Shown piece after piece: positions 24,532-32,000 of a stretch of 32,000 nucleotides of DNA (positions are counted from its first letter, which is position 1; every line of letters begins with the position of its first letter). The stretch spans positions 1 to 32,000 of the forward strand of contig JBAZYK010000010.1 in assembly GCA_041659405.1 (NCBI GenBank), read 5' to 3'. A program made the position numbers and the translations under genes. Origin of the DNA: Candidatus Altimarinota bacterium (GTDB lineage Bacteria; Patescibacteriota; Gracilibacteria; UBA1369). Under the pieces are notes generated by a model that saw only the letters and a list, made by a program, of their open reading frames with translations, had not been told where the DNA came from and made no database searches.

Positions 24532-27453
24532 CTAATTTTCCAACTTAATAATTGGGGCTGGATTCAATATGGGAAAACCAAGTTGGTCTTGTGTGTTTGG
24601 TATGGGTGGAAGGCCAACCTGAGTTTGTGGTGTGGGTGGTTGTGGCAAATTTGCCTGATTCTGGCCATTATCGGTGGTTACAATATCAATGCTGGAGTTG
24701 CCTTCGTAGCCCAGTTTGTCGAATGCTTTAGCGGTGATGGTGTGATGAATTCCGCCTGTTTCGCCAAAGGGAAGACGAATTTCGCCATTATAAGGGGCAG
24801 TATTGGTTTTATATTTGAGTTCATTATCAAGATAGTATTCAACCCGATCAAACTCTCCTGTGATGCTTACTTGCGCGTTAACGGGGATATTTGAATTAAC
24901 AGGGTATGAACTGCCACTGGCCGGACTTAGGAGGGTAATAGAAGGTTTTTGGGCCATACTATTGGCATTGTGTTCGGGGCAGGGAGTTGTTGGTGGAGCA
25001 CCAAAGAAGGCAGTTGAGTTTTGGTTGATATTGCTGGCGTGTTGTTGAACCCAAGCTTGCGCACTTTGAATCCAATCGTTATTTGGGAAAAGATCTACGA
25101 CATTTCTGTAATTTGCGACTTGAACCATTTCCGGCGGTGTAAATTCGGTTGCCAGGCCATTACAGAGTCTATCAACATTAACTTGGGCGTAGCTATCATC
25201 AACTTCGGTTGGTATGGAGAAATTGGCGAAAAAGTCTGTGATAATTTGATCCGGTGGAGTGTTTGGTCCAGGCAATTTGCCGCTTGCTTTAGACACGGCA
25301 ACCTGTTTGATGCCTTCCGGTATTGGGAAATCTTCCGAAGGAGTGTCTTTTAAAGCCTGGGTCATAAAACTTTTCCAAATTGGAGCCGCGGCATTGGTAC
25401 CATCTGCGGCAAGTGACATGTGTCCATCAACTTTATCGTTATTATTTCCAACCCAAACTGCGGTTACTACACGTGTGGTGTAGCCCATAATCCAGAGGTC
25501 TTTTGGATAATAGATTTTTTGACCGTTTGGTTTAACATCAAAGCCGTTACTTGTACCGGTTTTGGCGCCATTTACCTGGCCGGGAATTGTCATGGTTGGG
25601 CTCAAACGCACGCTGGTATCGGAAAGAATGCTGTTAATCATGTATGCAACCTGTGGGTCCAAAGCCTGTTCGCCCGGGTCGTCCTGTTTTGCCTCTTCCA
25701 AAATTTCCCCTTTGGAATTTTCAATTTTAAGAATACTAACCGGATCATGATGAATACCACCATTGGCGAAAACGCTGTAAGCGGTGGCCATGTCCAAAGG
25801 ACGTACGCCGGCTGCTCCGATGGCTAAAGGATAACCATATTGATGATTTGGATCACTTTGTAATTCCTGGAAAACAATACCCATTTTTTGGGTAAGAGCT
25901 ACGATTGGTTCTTGTTGGCCGGCAGCAAAGAATGCTTTGATTGCAGGAATATTTCTGGATTGAGCAAGTGCCGAACGAATAGTCATTGGGCCGCGGAATG
26001 TTCCATCAAAGTTTTTTGGATATTTATTTGGGTCAGTTCCCAGTTTCATTGGCGTATCAAAAACCGGAGATGCAGGCGCAAAGCGGTTTAAAAACACCTG
26101 CGCATAAACAAAAGGTTTGAAAGAAGAACCCGGTTGGCGGAAATCGGTAATAACATTTTCATTGCCATCATAATTTGGATCAAAATAATCGCGTGAGCCA
26201 ACCATGGCTAAAATTTGACCGGTTTTTGGATCCATGGAAATAAGCGCGGCATTCTTGGCGTTGTAAGCTTTTTCGTTTGATTTTGAGCCGTCTAAAACCG
26301 CTTTTTCGGCGATCTCTTCCATTTTTGGATCAAGCGTGGTGTAAACTTTAAGACCACCCTGTTCAACAATATCTTTGCCGTATTTTTGTTCAAGTTGATC
26401 AATGATGTACATCACAAAATGTGGAGCCGTAATCTTTGATTGATATTTGGTGAATTGATTTTTTTGCATTTTGGTCCAGGCTTCCTGTTTTTGCTGTTCG
26501 TTGATGTAGCCCAATTCCATCATTCTGCTTAAAATTATGTCACTGCGGCCGGCAAGATAAATTTGTTTATCGGGATTATTGGGATCAATTTGGACTGTTT
26601 TGCCAATGATTCCTTCCGCGTATTCATTTTCGTAGAGATCATTCTGGCTGCGAATATTGCGCGAAGCCAGTTCATCTGACGTGAATTGTTTGGCTAAAGT
26701 TGAAAATTGATGTTGTGAATAGTAGCTTGGTCGATTTGGGATTGAAGCTAAAATTGCGCTTTCGGCCAGATCAAGGTTGATTGCGTGTTTGTTAAAATAA
26801 ATTTGAGCAGCTTTTTCAATACCATAGGCTTTGTTGCTGTAACTGATTTTGTTAAGGTAAAGTTCAATAATTTTCTTTTTATCGAAGGCCTGTTCAAGTT
26901 GAACGGATAAAATTAATTCTTTAAGTTTGCGGATATAGGATTTTTCGGAATTTAAAAAAGCGAGTTTAATGTATTGTTGAGTAATGGTTGAACCGCCCTG
27001 AGTAAGGCTGAAATGGAAAATGTCGTTTACAACTGCGCGGCCAATACCTCTTATATCAAATCCGGGATGTTCCCAGTATTGTGTGTCTTCAATTGCGATA
27101 GTTGCGTTAACTAACGAAGAGGAAATTTTATCGTAGGTAACATATTCACGATTTTCGGCTCCTTTTACGTATAAAATATTTCCTTCACGGTCATAAATTG
27201 TGGTTGCCTGTGCCTGATTCAGTTTGTCCAGATCATGGACATCCGGCAGCGTTATGCTAAGTACGGCTATGGCAATCCCAAGACTTAAAACTAAAAACAG
27301 GATGAAGCCAATTATACTAAGGCCGGTCCAAAGTAAAATTTGTTTCCAGTCGAGTTTGCCGTTGGGTAAGCGGGCGCGTTCACGCATGCGCGCAAATTTG
27401 CCATTGGTTTTTTTGCCGATTTTTTGGATGTGAAACTTGATTTTTTCAAACAT
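24532..27453 (-). CDS. Class A penicillin-binding protein (PBP1A-like transglycosylase/transpeptidase) with C-terminal Ig-like extension
   Basis: TATIYDREGNILY, ATIAIEDTQYWEHPGFDIRGIGRA, GGSTITQQYIKL, RKLKELILSVQLEQ; transpeptidase SSFKPF, SRN and KTGTSNG motifs. Confidence 0.95.
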   Translation of the reverse strand: MFEKIKFHIQKIGKKTNGKFARMRERARLPNGKLDWKQILLWTGLSIIGFILFLVLSLGIAIAVLSITLPDVHDLDKLNQAQATTIYDREGNILYVKGAENREYVTYDKISSSLVNATIAIEDTQYWEHPGFDIRGIGRAVVNDIFHFSLTQGGSTITQQYIKLAFLNSEKSYIRKLKELILSVQLEQAFDKKKIIELYLNKISYSNKAYGIEKAAQIYFNKHAINLDLAESAILASIPNRPSYYSQHQFSTLAKQFTSDELASRNIRSQNDLYENEYAEGIIGKTVQIDPNNPDKQIYLAGRSDIILSRMMELGYINEQQKQEAWTKMQKNQFTKYQSKITAPHFVMYIIDQLEQKYGKDIVEQGGLKVYTTLDPKMEEIAEKAVLDGSKSNEKAYNAKNAALISMDPKTGQILAMVGSRDYFDPNYDGNENVITDFRQPGSSFKPFVYAQVFLNRFAPASPVFDTPMKLGTDPNKYPKNFDGTFRGPMTIRSALAQSRNIPAIKAFFAAGQQEPIVALTQKMGIVFQELQSDPNHQYGYPLAIGAAGVRPLDMATAYSVFANGGIHHDPVSILKIENSKGEILEEAKQDDPGEQALDPQVAYMINSILSDTSVRLSPTMTIPGQVNGAKTGTSNGFDVKPNGQKIYYPKDLWIMGYTTRVVTAVWVGNNNDKVDGHMSLAADGTNAAAPIWKSFMTQALKDTPSEDFPIPEGIKQVAVSKASGKLPGPNTPPDQIITDFFANFSIPTEVDDSYAQVNVDRLCNGLATEFTPPEMVQVANYRNVVDLFPNNDWIQSAQAWVQQHASNINQNSTAFFGAPPTTPCPEHNANSMAQKPSITLLSPASGSSYPVNSNIPVNAQVSITGEFDRVEYYLDNELKYKTNTAPYNGEIRLPFGETGGIHHTITAKAFDKLGYEGNSSIDIVTTDNGQNQANLPQPPTPQTQVGLPPIPNTQDQLGFPILNPAPIIKLEN

Positions 27454-27683
27454 GATTTTTTGATTATATACACAGCATTATGCGGGGTTTATCCTAGCAG
27501 AAAAGTGCCGTGAATTCAATGGAGGGGTGTTTGGGATTTGAAAATTGTTGCATCGCAAGTTCGATGATCGTAATTGAAAATCGAGAATGGAGATGTTTAA
27601 AATTTTTCTTTTTGGAGAAGTTTTGCTACAATCAATTACGTTCTTTTCGATGATATTTTTTTATTTCTTTAACCAGTTTTTTT

Positions 27684-28661
27684 ATGATGACACTCAAGCA
27701 GATATATGATTATAGCCTTCAGATGGCCATTAAACGCGGCCCTCGTCCGGTTAAGGAAGTTGAAGAGCAACTTAAAAAGTTGAAGCATGAATATGAAAAG
27801 CTCGAAGAAAAAAAGAAGGAATATTTTGATGTTGAGAGTTTGAAAAATCCTTTTTTGGACAGCCGTATTTTAAGTGGCGATCCAAATACAAAGTTAAAAA
27901 GAGTGCTTGTGGGAATCGATATTGGCGTTGGTGAAATTATGCTGGCGAATGAATTAAATAAGAGTGACAAAAAAATTGACGCGGTGATTGCGCATCATCC
28001 GGAAGGTCGTGGGTTAATCGATCTTACTCAGGTCATGACTCTTCAAGAGGATATTGCAATGTTGGAGGGCGTTCCGGTTAATGTGATTGAAAAATTGATG
28101 CGAGCGCGCATTGGCGATTTGAATCGCGGCCTGCATGCAGCGAACCATTTTCAGGTTCCGGATGCGGCTAAATTGTTGAATATGCCTTTTGCCTGCTTCC
28201 ATACTTTTGCCGATAATCAGGTTTACTGGTTTATAAAAAATTACATCACCAAGAAAAATCCAAAATATATCAGCGATATTATGGACGCGTTGATGGAGCT
28301 TCCTGAATATCAGATTGCAAAAAGACGTGGTAACGGACCTATGATGTTTGTTGGTGATGAAAAAGCACGCGTTGGCAAAATTTCTTACTCCGGATTTACC
28401 GGTGGTACAAGCGGTTCAAAAGAGGTTTACGAAAAGATGGCGCATGCCGGAGTTGGAACGATTTTGGCCATGCATATTCCGGAAGAACATCGCAAATTAT
28501 GTGAAAAATATCACATCAATGTGCTCATTTGTGGACACATGGCGAGTGACAGTCTTGGTGTGAATTTGCTGATGGATGAGCTTGAAAAGAACGGTGTGGA
28601 AATTGTGGAATGTGCCGGATTTATGCGTGTGAGCAGGTTGAAAAAGAAGATGCCGTTTTAA
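27684..28661 (+). CDS. NIF3/DUF34-like dinuclear metal-centre protein
   Basis: VIAHHPEGRG, GLHAANHFQVPDAA and VGKISYSGFTGGTSGSKEVYEKM resemble NGG1-interacting-factor-3-like proteins. Confidence 0.65.
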   Translation: MMTLKQIYDYSLQMAIKRGPRPVKEVEEQLKKLKHEYEKLEEKKKEYFDVESLKNPFLDSRILSGDPNTKLKRVLVGIDIGVGEIMLANELNKSDKKIDAVIAHHPEGRGLIDLTQVMTLQEDIAMLEGVPVNVIEKLMRARIGDLNRGLHAANHFQVPDAAKLLNMPFACFHTFADNQVYWFIKNYITKKNPKYISDIMDALMELPEYQIAKRRGNGPMMFVGDEKARVGKISYSGFTGGTSGSKEVYEKMAHAGVGTILAMHIPEEHRKLCEKYHINVLICGHMASDSLGVNLLMDELEKNGVEIVECAGFMRVSRLKKKMPF

Positions 28662-28666
28662 ATTGA

Positions 28667-28696
28667 TTATAAATTATAAATTATAAATTTATAATT
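28667..28696. repeat. AT-rich tandem repeat (TTATAAA x3) followed by an overlapping palindrome
   Basis: Copies at 28667, 28674 and 28681; perfect 18-bp palindrome AATTATAAATTTATAATT at 28679-28696. Confidence 0.7.
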
Positions 28697-28742
28697 GTTG
28701 AATTTTTAAAAAGGTGATCATGTCCAGGTTGAATGTGGTACG

Positions 28743-28781
28743 AAAAAAGCCCTCGAAATCAGGAGAAATCGGGGGCTTTTT
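28743..28781. terminator. Bidirectional rho-independent terminator between convergent genes
   Basis: AAAAAGCCCTCGA ... TCGGGGGCTTTTT stem with one G-T pair and A-tract/T-tract flanks on both sides. Confidence 0.85.
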
Positions 28782-28830
28782 GAATAGTGAAAAATTTCAG
28801 CGTAGACGAGTTGAGCGCTGCGGGAGGATG

Positions 28831-29148
28831 TTATTGGGGATTTTTCGCCAATGCTTTTATCCCTTTTCTGGTGATGAAATAGAATTCCATGGTGGTTTCC
28901 ATGCTTGGTTTTTGCGCGATTAGCACTTCTTTTTCCAGATAAGCCCAGGCTTCCATAAAAGCTCGCATTACGGGCAATTGCAGTTCTTTAGGGTAATCTT
29001 TAACGGTTTCTTTGAATCCAAAATTATGACGATTGAGGCTTTCCTGATCTTGAGCCAAATATTTTAAAAGTTCGGTGGCAAGGTTTGGGAGTTCTAATGC
29101 AAGGATTTTATTCGCGTCAGGGAGCATTGCTGAAATTGGGATTGCCAT
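28831..29148 (-). CDS. Hypothetical protein, 105 aa, helical
   Basis: ORF in the same orientation as the pheT cluster; 11 bp from the upstream ORF. Confidence 0.5.
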   Translation of the reverse strand: MAIPISAMLPDANKILALELPNLATELLKYLAQDQESLNRHNFGFKETVKDYPKELQLPVMRAFMEAWAYLEKEVLIAQKPSMETTMEFYFITRKGIKALAKNPQ

Positions 29149-29159
29149 TAAATTGGTAA

Positions 29160-29471
29160 TTAAAAACTAAATGGGCCACCTTTATGTTTTTGGAAGCTGG
29201 TTGGGGTGCGGTCCTCCGCAGGGGTGCCGGTATCATCACATTCTTTGTGAAGACTGGCAGCAGTGTGAGCGATTGTCATTATTTTTGCAACGTCATCTGT
29301 TGGGCCTAAATCAGTATAAGAACGTCTATTGTCGCCACGTGGGGCTCCTTTAGTGTTAACGGCTCGGGGATCTTTGGCGTGAGCTTCGAGCGCTGCTCTA
29401 ACCCTTCTTTGTAATTCTGTTTCAGGTTCTTTACCTTCAGGTAATTCTTGTGGTGTATTTGTTAGCGACAT
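29160..29471 (-). CDS. Hypothetical protein, 103 aa, hydrophilic
   Basis: ORF between pheT and the 28831..29148 ORF, plausible operon member. Confidence 0.5.
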   Translation of the reverse strand: MSLTNTPQELPEGKEPETELQRRVRAALEAHAKDPRAVNTKGAPRGDNRRSYTDLGPTDDVAKIMTIAHTAASLHKECDDTGTPAEDRTPTSFQKHKGGPFSF

Positions 29472-29730
29472 TGTTTAAATTTAAGGGTAAATAAAAACCG
29501 CCGCTATTGTAACAAGCGACTTTTTATTGTCAAATCCCCGCTTGCATTCTCGACGAAGTATTTCAAAGTGTACGCTTCGGTGCCGAAGCTCTTAAAAATG
29601 GCTTGTTGCTGCGGTGTGTTTGACGCGGTGTCGAGAAGGTTTCAAAATGTATTAACGCTTTATCGAGATGAAAAGGAATGGGTTTTGTTAGCCTTTGGGG
29701 TTTTTGGGAGTGGTGACCCGAAAAGCTTGA

Positions 29731-32000
29731 TTATTTCAGCCCGCGGATTTCGCCGCCTAATTTTGTCAGCTCTTCAAAGATTTTTTGTTGAGTTGTCTTC
29801 ATTTCGGCATCTGTAAGCGTGCGCTGCGTGGATTGCAGCAGAACTTTAAAGGCGAGCGCTTTTTTATCTGGTGGGATGTTTTGGCCTTCGTATAGATCAA
29901 ACAATTCAACTTCGCGGATTAATTCTTTATTGCAGTTTTGAATTGCGCGCTGAAGTTTTCCGATTTCGGTATTTTTGTCGATGAGTACGGAAACATCAAT
30001 TCTGATTCCCGGGAATTTTGGAATCTGTTTGTACTTTCTTTCTTCTGTTTCCAGGTTTGCCAACTTGCTGAAGTTTACTTCAAACACGGCAATTTTAGCG
30101 TTTTCGATGTCGTAGTTTTTTGCTACAAGTGGATGAAGTTCGAAAATTCTGGCGATTTCCTGGCCGGATTTTCGGCTATAATAAGAGGCATAACGGTTTG
30201 GGTGAGCGTAAGCGCATAAGCTTTCACCTTTGCGCATTTCCAAGGCTTTTAAGTTAACATGGAAAAGTTTGAAAAATTCTTCCAACGCGCCTTTGATTTC
30301 GTAAAAAGGTTCGGAAGGGCCTTGGTTTGACGCGCCGGCGGCTGTATTTTTTTCTTTTGTTGCTGCTTTGTTTCTTACGATCACCGCGCAAATTTTCTTT
30401 TCTTCAATCGGGAAATATTCCTGTAGATCTTCATAAGTTCGACCAATTTCATATAATTTGAATTGATCAAAAGACTTTAAATTAAGACCAATATTTTTGA
30501 GGATGTTCGGCATTAAACTGATGCGCATGTGGGTCTGATCTTCGGAAAGATAATTTTGAACTTTAATGTGTGGCTCTTCCGGCAACAGGCATTTTTTGAT
30601 GTCGTTGATGCTATAAAAAGAGTAGTTATAGACCTCATTAAAGCCAAGTCCGAGTGAAAGCGCGTGACGGGCAAAATGTTTAAGTTTGCGCTCATTATTT
30701 TCGATTGGGAGTTTGATTGGAAGTTTTGGAAGTTTGGCTTCGATATTTTCGTATCCGTGCATGCGGGCGATTTCTTCCACGATGTCGTCTTCAATGGAAA
30801 TGTCTTTGGTCGCGCGGAAAGAGGGGATTTCAACCTTGATTTTATCTTTGCCGGACAGCGTGGTTTTGAATTCCAAACTGTTGAGATTTTTTAAAACTTC
30901 TTCGGTAGGAATTGTAACGCCAATTTTAGAGAAAACCTTTTTAAGGCTTACTGTAACGGTAAGTTGCTTGTCTTTAAAGTTTTTGATGTCGGTGACCGGA
31001 CCGCAAATAATTGCTTCCGGACTAACCTGTAAAATTAAATCACAGACGCGTTTCATGGCCTGTTCAGCCAAATTTGGATCAAGACTTTTTTCAAAACGTT
31101 GAACGGCTTCGGTTCTAAGTCCAAGTTTTACCGAAGTTAAACGAACGGAAGAAGGCTGAAAATTCGCAGATTCAACCAGAATTTTAGTAGTTTGCTGATC
31201 AACTTCGCTGTTTGCGCCGCCCATAATTCCCGCAATGGCAACCGGTTTTTTGTGATCGGCAATAACCAGCGTTTCATCTTTGCCGGTTTGATTTAGAGAT
31301 CTTTCAACACCGTCGAGTGTCGTGATTTTTTCATCTTTTTTAGCTGTGCGTACAATAATTCCGGTGTCGATTTTGGCTGCATCAAAAGCATGCAAAGGCT
31401 GACCAAGTTCGGCCATTACATAATTTGTGACATCAACAATGTTGTTGATTGAACGATATCCAACCGCGCTAAGGCGATTCTTGAGCCAGGCAGGGGACTC
31501 AGCAATTTTTATATTATTGATGTAAACGCCAAGATAACGTGGACAGAGTTTTTTGGCTTTAACTTCTACATTTGGCGATTCGCCGGTTGCTGGAAAATCA
31601 ATTTCCAATTGAAGCGGTTTGAGTTTTTTGTCCGAGATTGCCGCAATTTCACGCGCGATGCCGTAGTGACCCCACAAATCCGGACGATGGGTTAGAGATT
31701 TGTTATCAACTACTAAAGAAATATCGTTCAAACCTAAAATATCAGCAATTGGTTGGCCGAGTGGAGTATTGGCAGGGAAGCGGGTTAGCCCTTTTTGGCC
31801 AATGCCAAGTTCATCATCACCGCAAACCATACCTTCTGATTTCACGCCCATCATTTCTGTGATTTTAATTTCTCCGCCGGGGAGTTTTGCTCCAGGCAAA
31901 GCAATCGGCAGAATTTCCCCAGGGTGAATCACGTGGACTGAACCGAAAACAATCTGGATTTTTTTCCAGCCAATATCAAAAATTCCTTTGTGTAATTTTT
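29731..32000 (-). CDS. pheT: Phenylalanyl-tRNA synthetase beta subunit, 5' partial (frame stays open to the window edge)
   Basis: EMAP/tRNA-binding domain (VHPGE..PGAKLPGGEIKITEMMGVKSEGMVCGDDELG-like), SLTHRPDLWGHYGIAREIAAI, GIMGGANSEVD and FDX-ACB C-terminus; upstream codons read KLHKGIFDIGWKKIQIVFGSVHV in frame. Confidence 0.95.
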   Translation of the reverse strand, partial: KLHKGIFDIGWKKIQIVFGSVHVIHPGEILPIALPGAKLPGGEIKITEMMGVKSEGMVCGDDELGIGQKGLTRFPANTPLGQPIADILGLNDISLVVDNKSLTHRPDLWGHYGIAREIAAISDKKLKPLQLEIDFPATGESPNVEVKAKKLCPRYLGVYINNIKIAESPAWLKNRLSAVGYRSINNIVDVTNYVMAELGQPLHAFDAAKIDTGIIVRTAKKDEKITTLDGVERSLNQTGKDETLVIADHKKPVAIAGIMGGANSEVDQQTTKILVESANFQPSSVRLTSVKLGLRTEAVQRFEKSLDPNLAEQAMKRVCDLILQVSPEAIICGPVTDIKNFKDKQLTVTVSLKKVFSKIGVTIPTEEVLKNLNSLEFKTTLSGKDKIKVEIPSFRATKDISIEDDIVEEIARMHGYENIEAKLPKLPIKLPIENNERKLKHFARHALSLGLGFNEVYNYSFYSINDIKKCLLPEEPHIKVQNYLSEDQTHMRISLMPNILKNIGLNLKSFDQFKLYEIGRTYEDLQEYFPIEEKKICAVIVRNKAATKEKNTAAGASNQGPSEPFYEIKGALEEFFKLFHVNLKALEMRKGESLCAYAHPNRYASYYSRKSGQEIARIFELHPLVAKNYDIENAKIAVFEVNFSKLANLETEERKYKQIPKFPGIRIDVSVLIDKNTEIGKLQRAIQNCNKELIREVELFDLYEGQNIPPDKKALAFKVLLQSTQRTLTDAEMKTTQQKIFEELTKLGGEIRGLK

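Noticed and set aside
24583-26091. Plus-strand ORFs 24583..24894, 24860..25048, 25021..25353, 25259..25483, 25420..25827, 25562..25750 and 25888..26091
   Set aside because: All are antisense to the well-supported PBP1A gene; Cys/Trp-rich and without domains.
29568-29816. Plus ORF 29568..29816 (82 aa)
   Set aside because: Overlaps the pheT C-terminus in antisense and has an implausible composition.
1-32000. CRISPR array, rRNA, transposase or integrase genes
   Set aside because: None found: no regularly spaced repeats with unique spacers beyond the 4-unit regulator array, no rRNA-like sequence, and no recognisable recombinase ORF, so mobility of the 10-15 kb island is only inferred.
1-32000. 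Alternative genetic code (UGA as Gly or Trp), considered because of CPR-like gene content
   Set aside because: Long conserved ORFs terminate properly at TGA (for example the Panacea antitoxin, ligase and sigma-adjacent genes) and the standard-code frames are intact.

Overview
This 32 kb window looks like a dense bacterial chromosome segment using the standard code (TGA acts as a normal stop). Gene content loosely suggests a Patescibacteria/CPR-like genome, which is an inference only. From left to right it holds: (1) a short secreted-protein ORF, a GGQ release-factor-like gene, and an ECF sigma factor followed by a transmembrane, low-complexity putative anti-sigma gene; (2) an envelope-glycan block (O-antigen-ligase-like, two GT2 glycosyltransferases, DUF2723 protein) with rdgB and an O-methyltransferase; (3) an accessory/defence-like island at about 10.3-15.5 kb, with a DUF262 (GmrSD-like) protein, a truncated type I restriction HsdR remnant, a BRO/DinD-like protein, and a two-gene XRE+Panacea(DUF4065) / PemK-MazF toxin-antitoxin operon, ending at a tRNA-Pro(CGG) bracketed by a duplicated GC-hairpin repeat; (4) NAGPA-like and metallophosphoesterase genes and a second tRNA-Pro(GGG); (5) a wHTH-GHKL ATPase-STAS-like (DUF4325) regulator, divergent from a two-gene ABC exporter, with an iteron-like array in the shared control region; (6) an SDR, PBP1A, NIF3-like protein, two orphan small ORFs and a pheT gene running off the right edge. 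The strongest candidates for follow-up are the GHKL/STAS-like regulator with its repeat array and ABC exporter, and the Panacea-MazF pair inside the restriction-remnant island. All family calls come from reading motifs; no database search was run.
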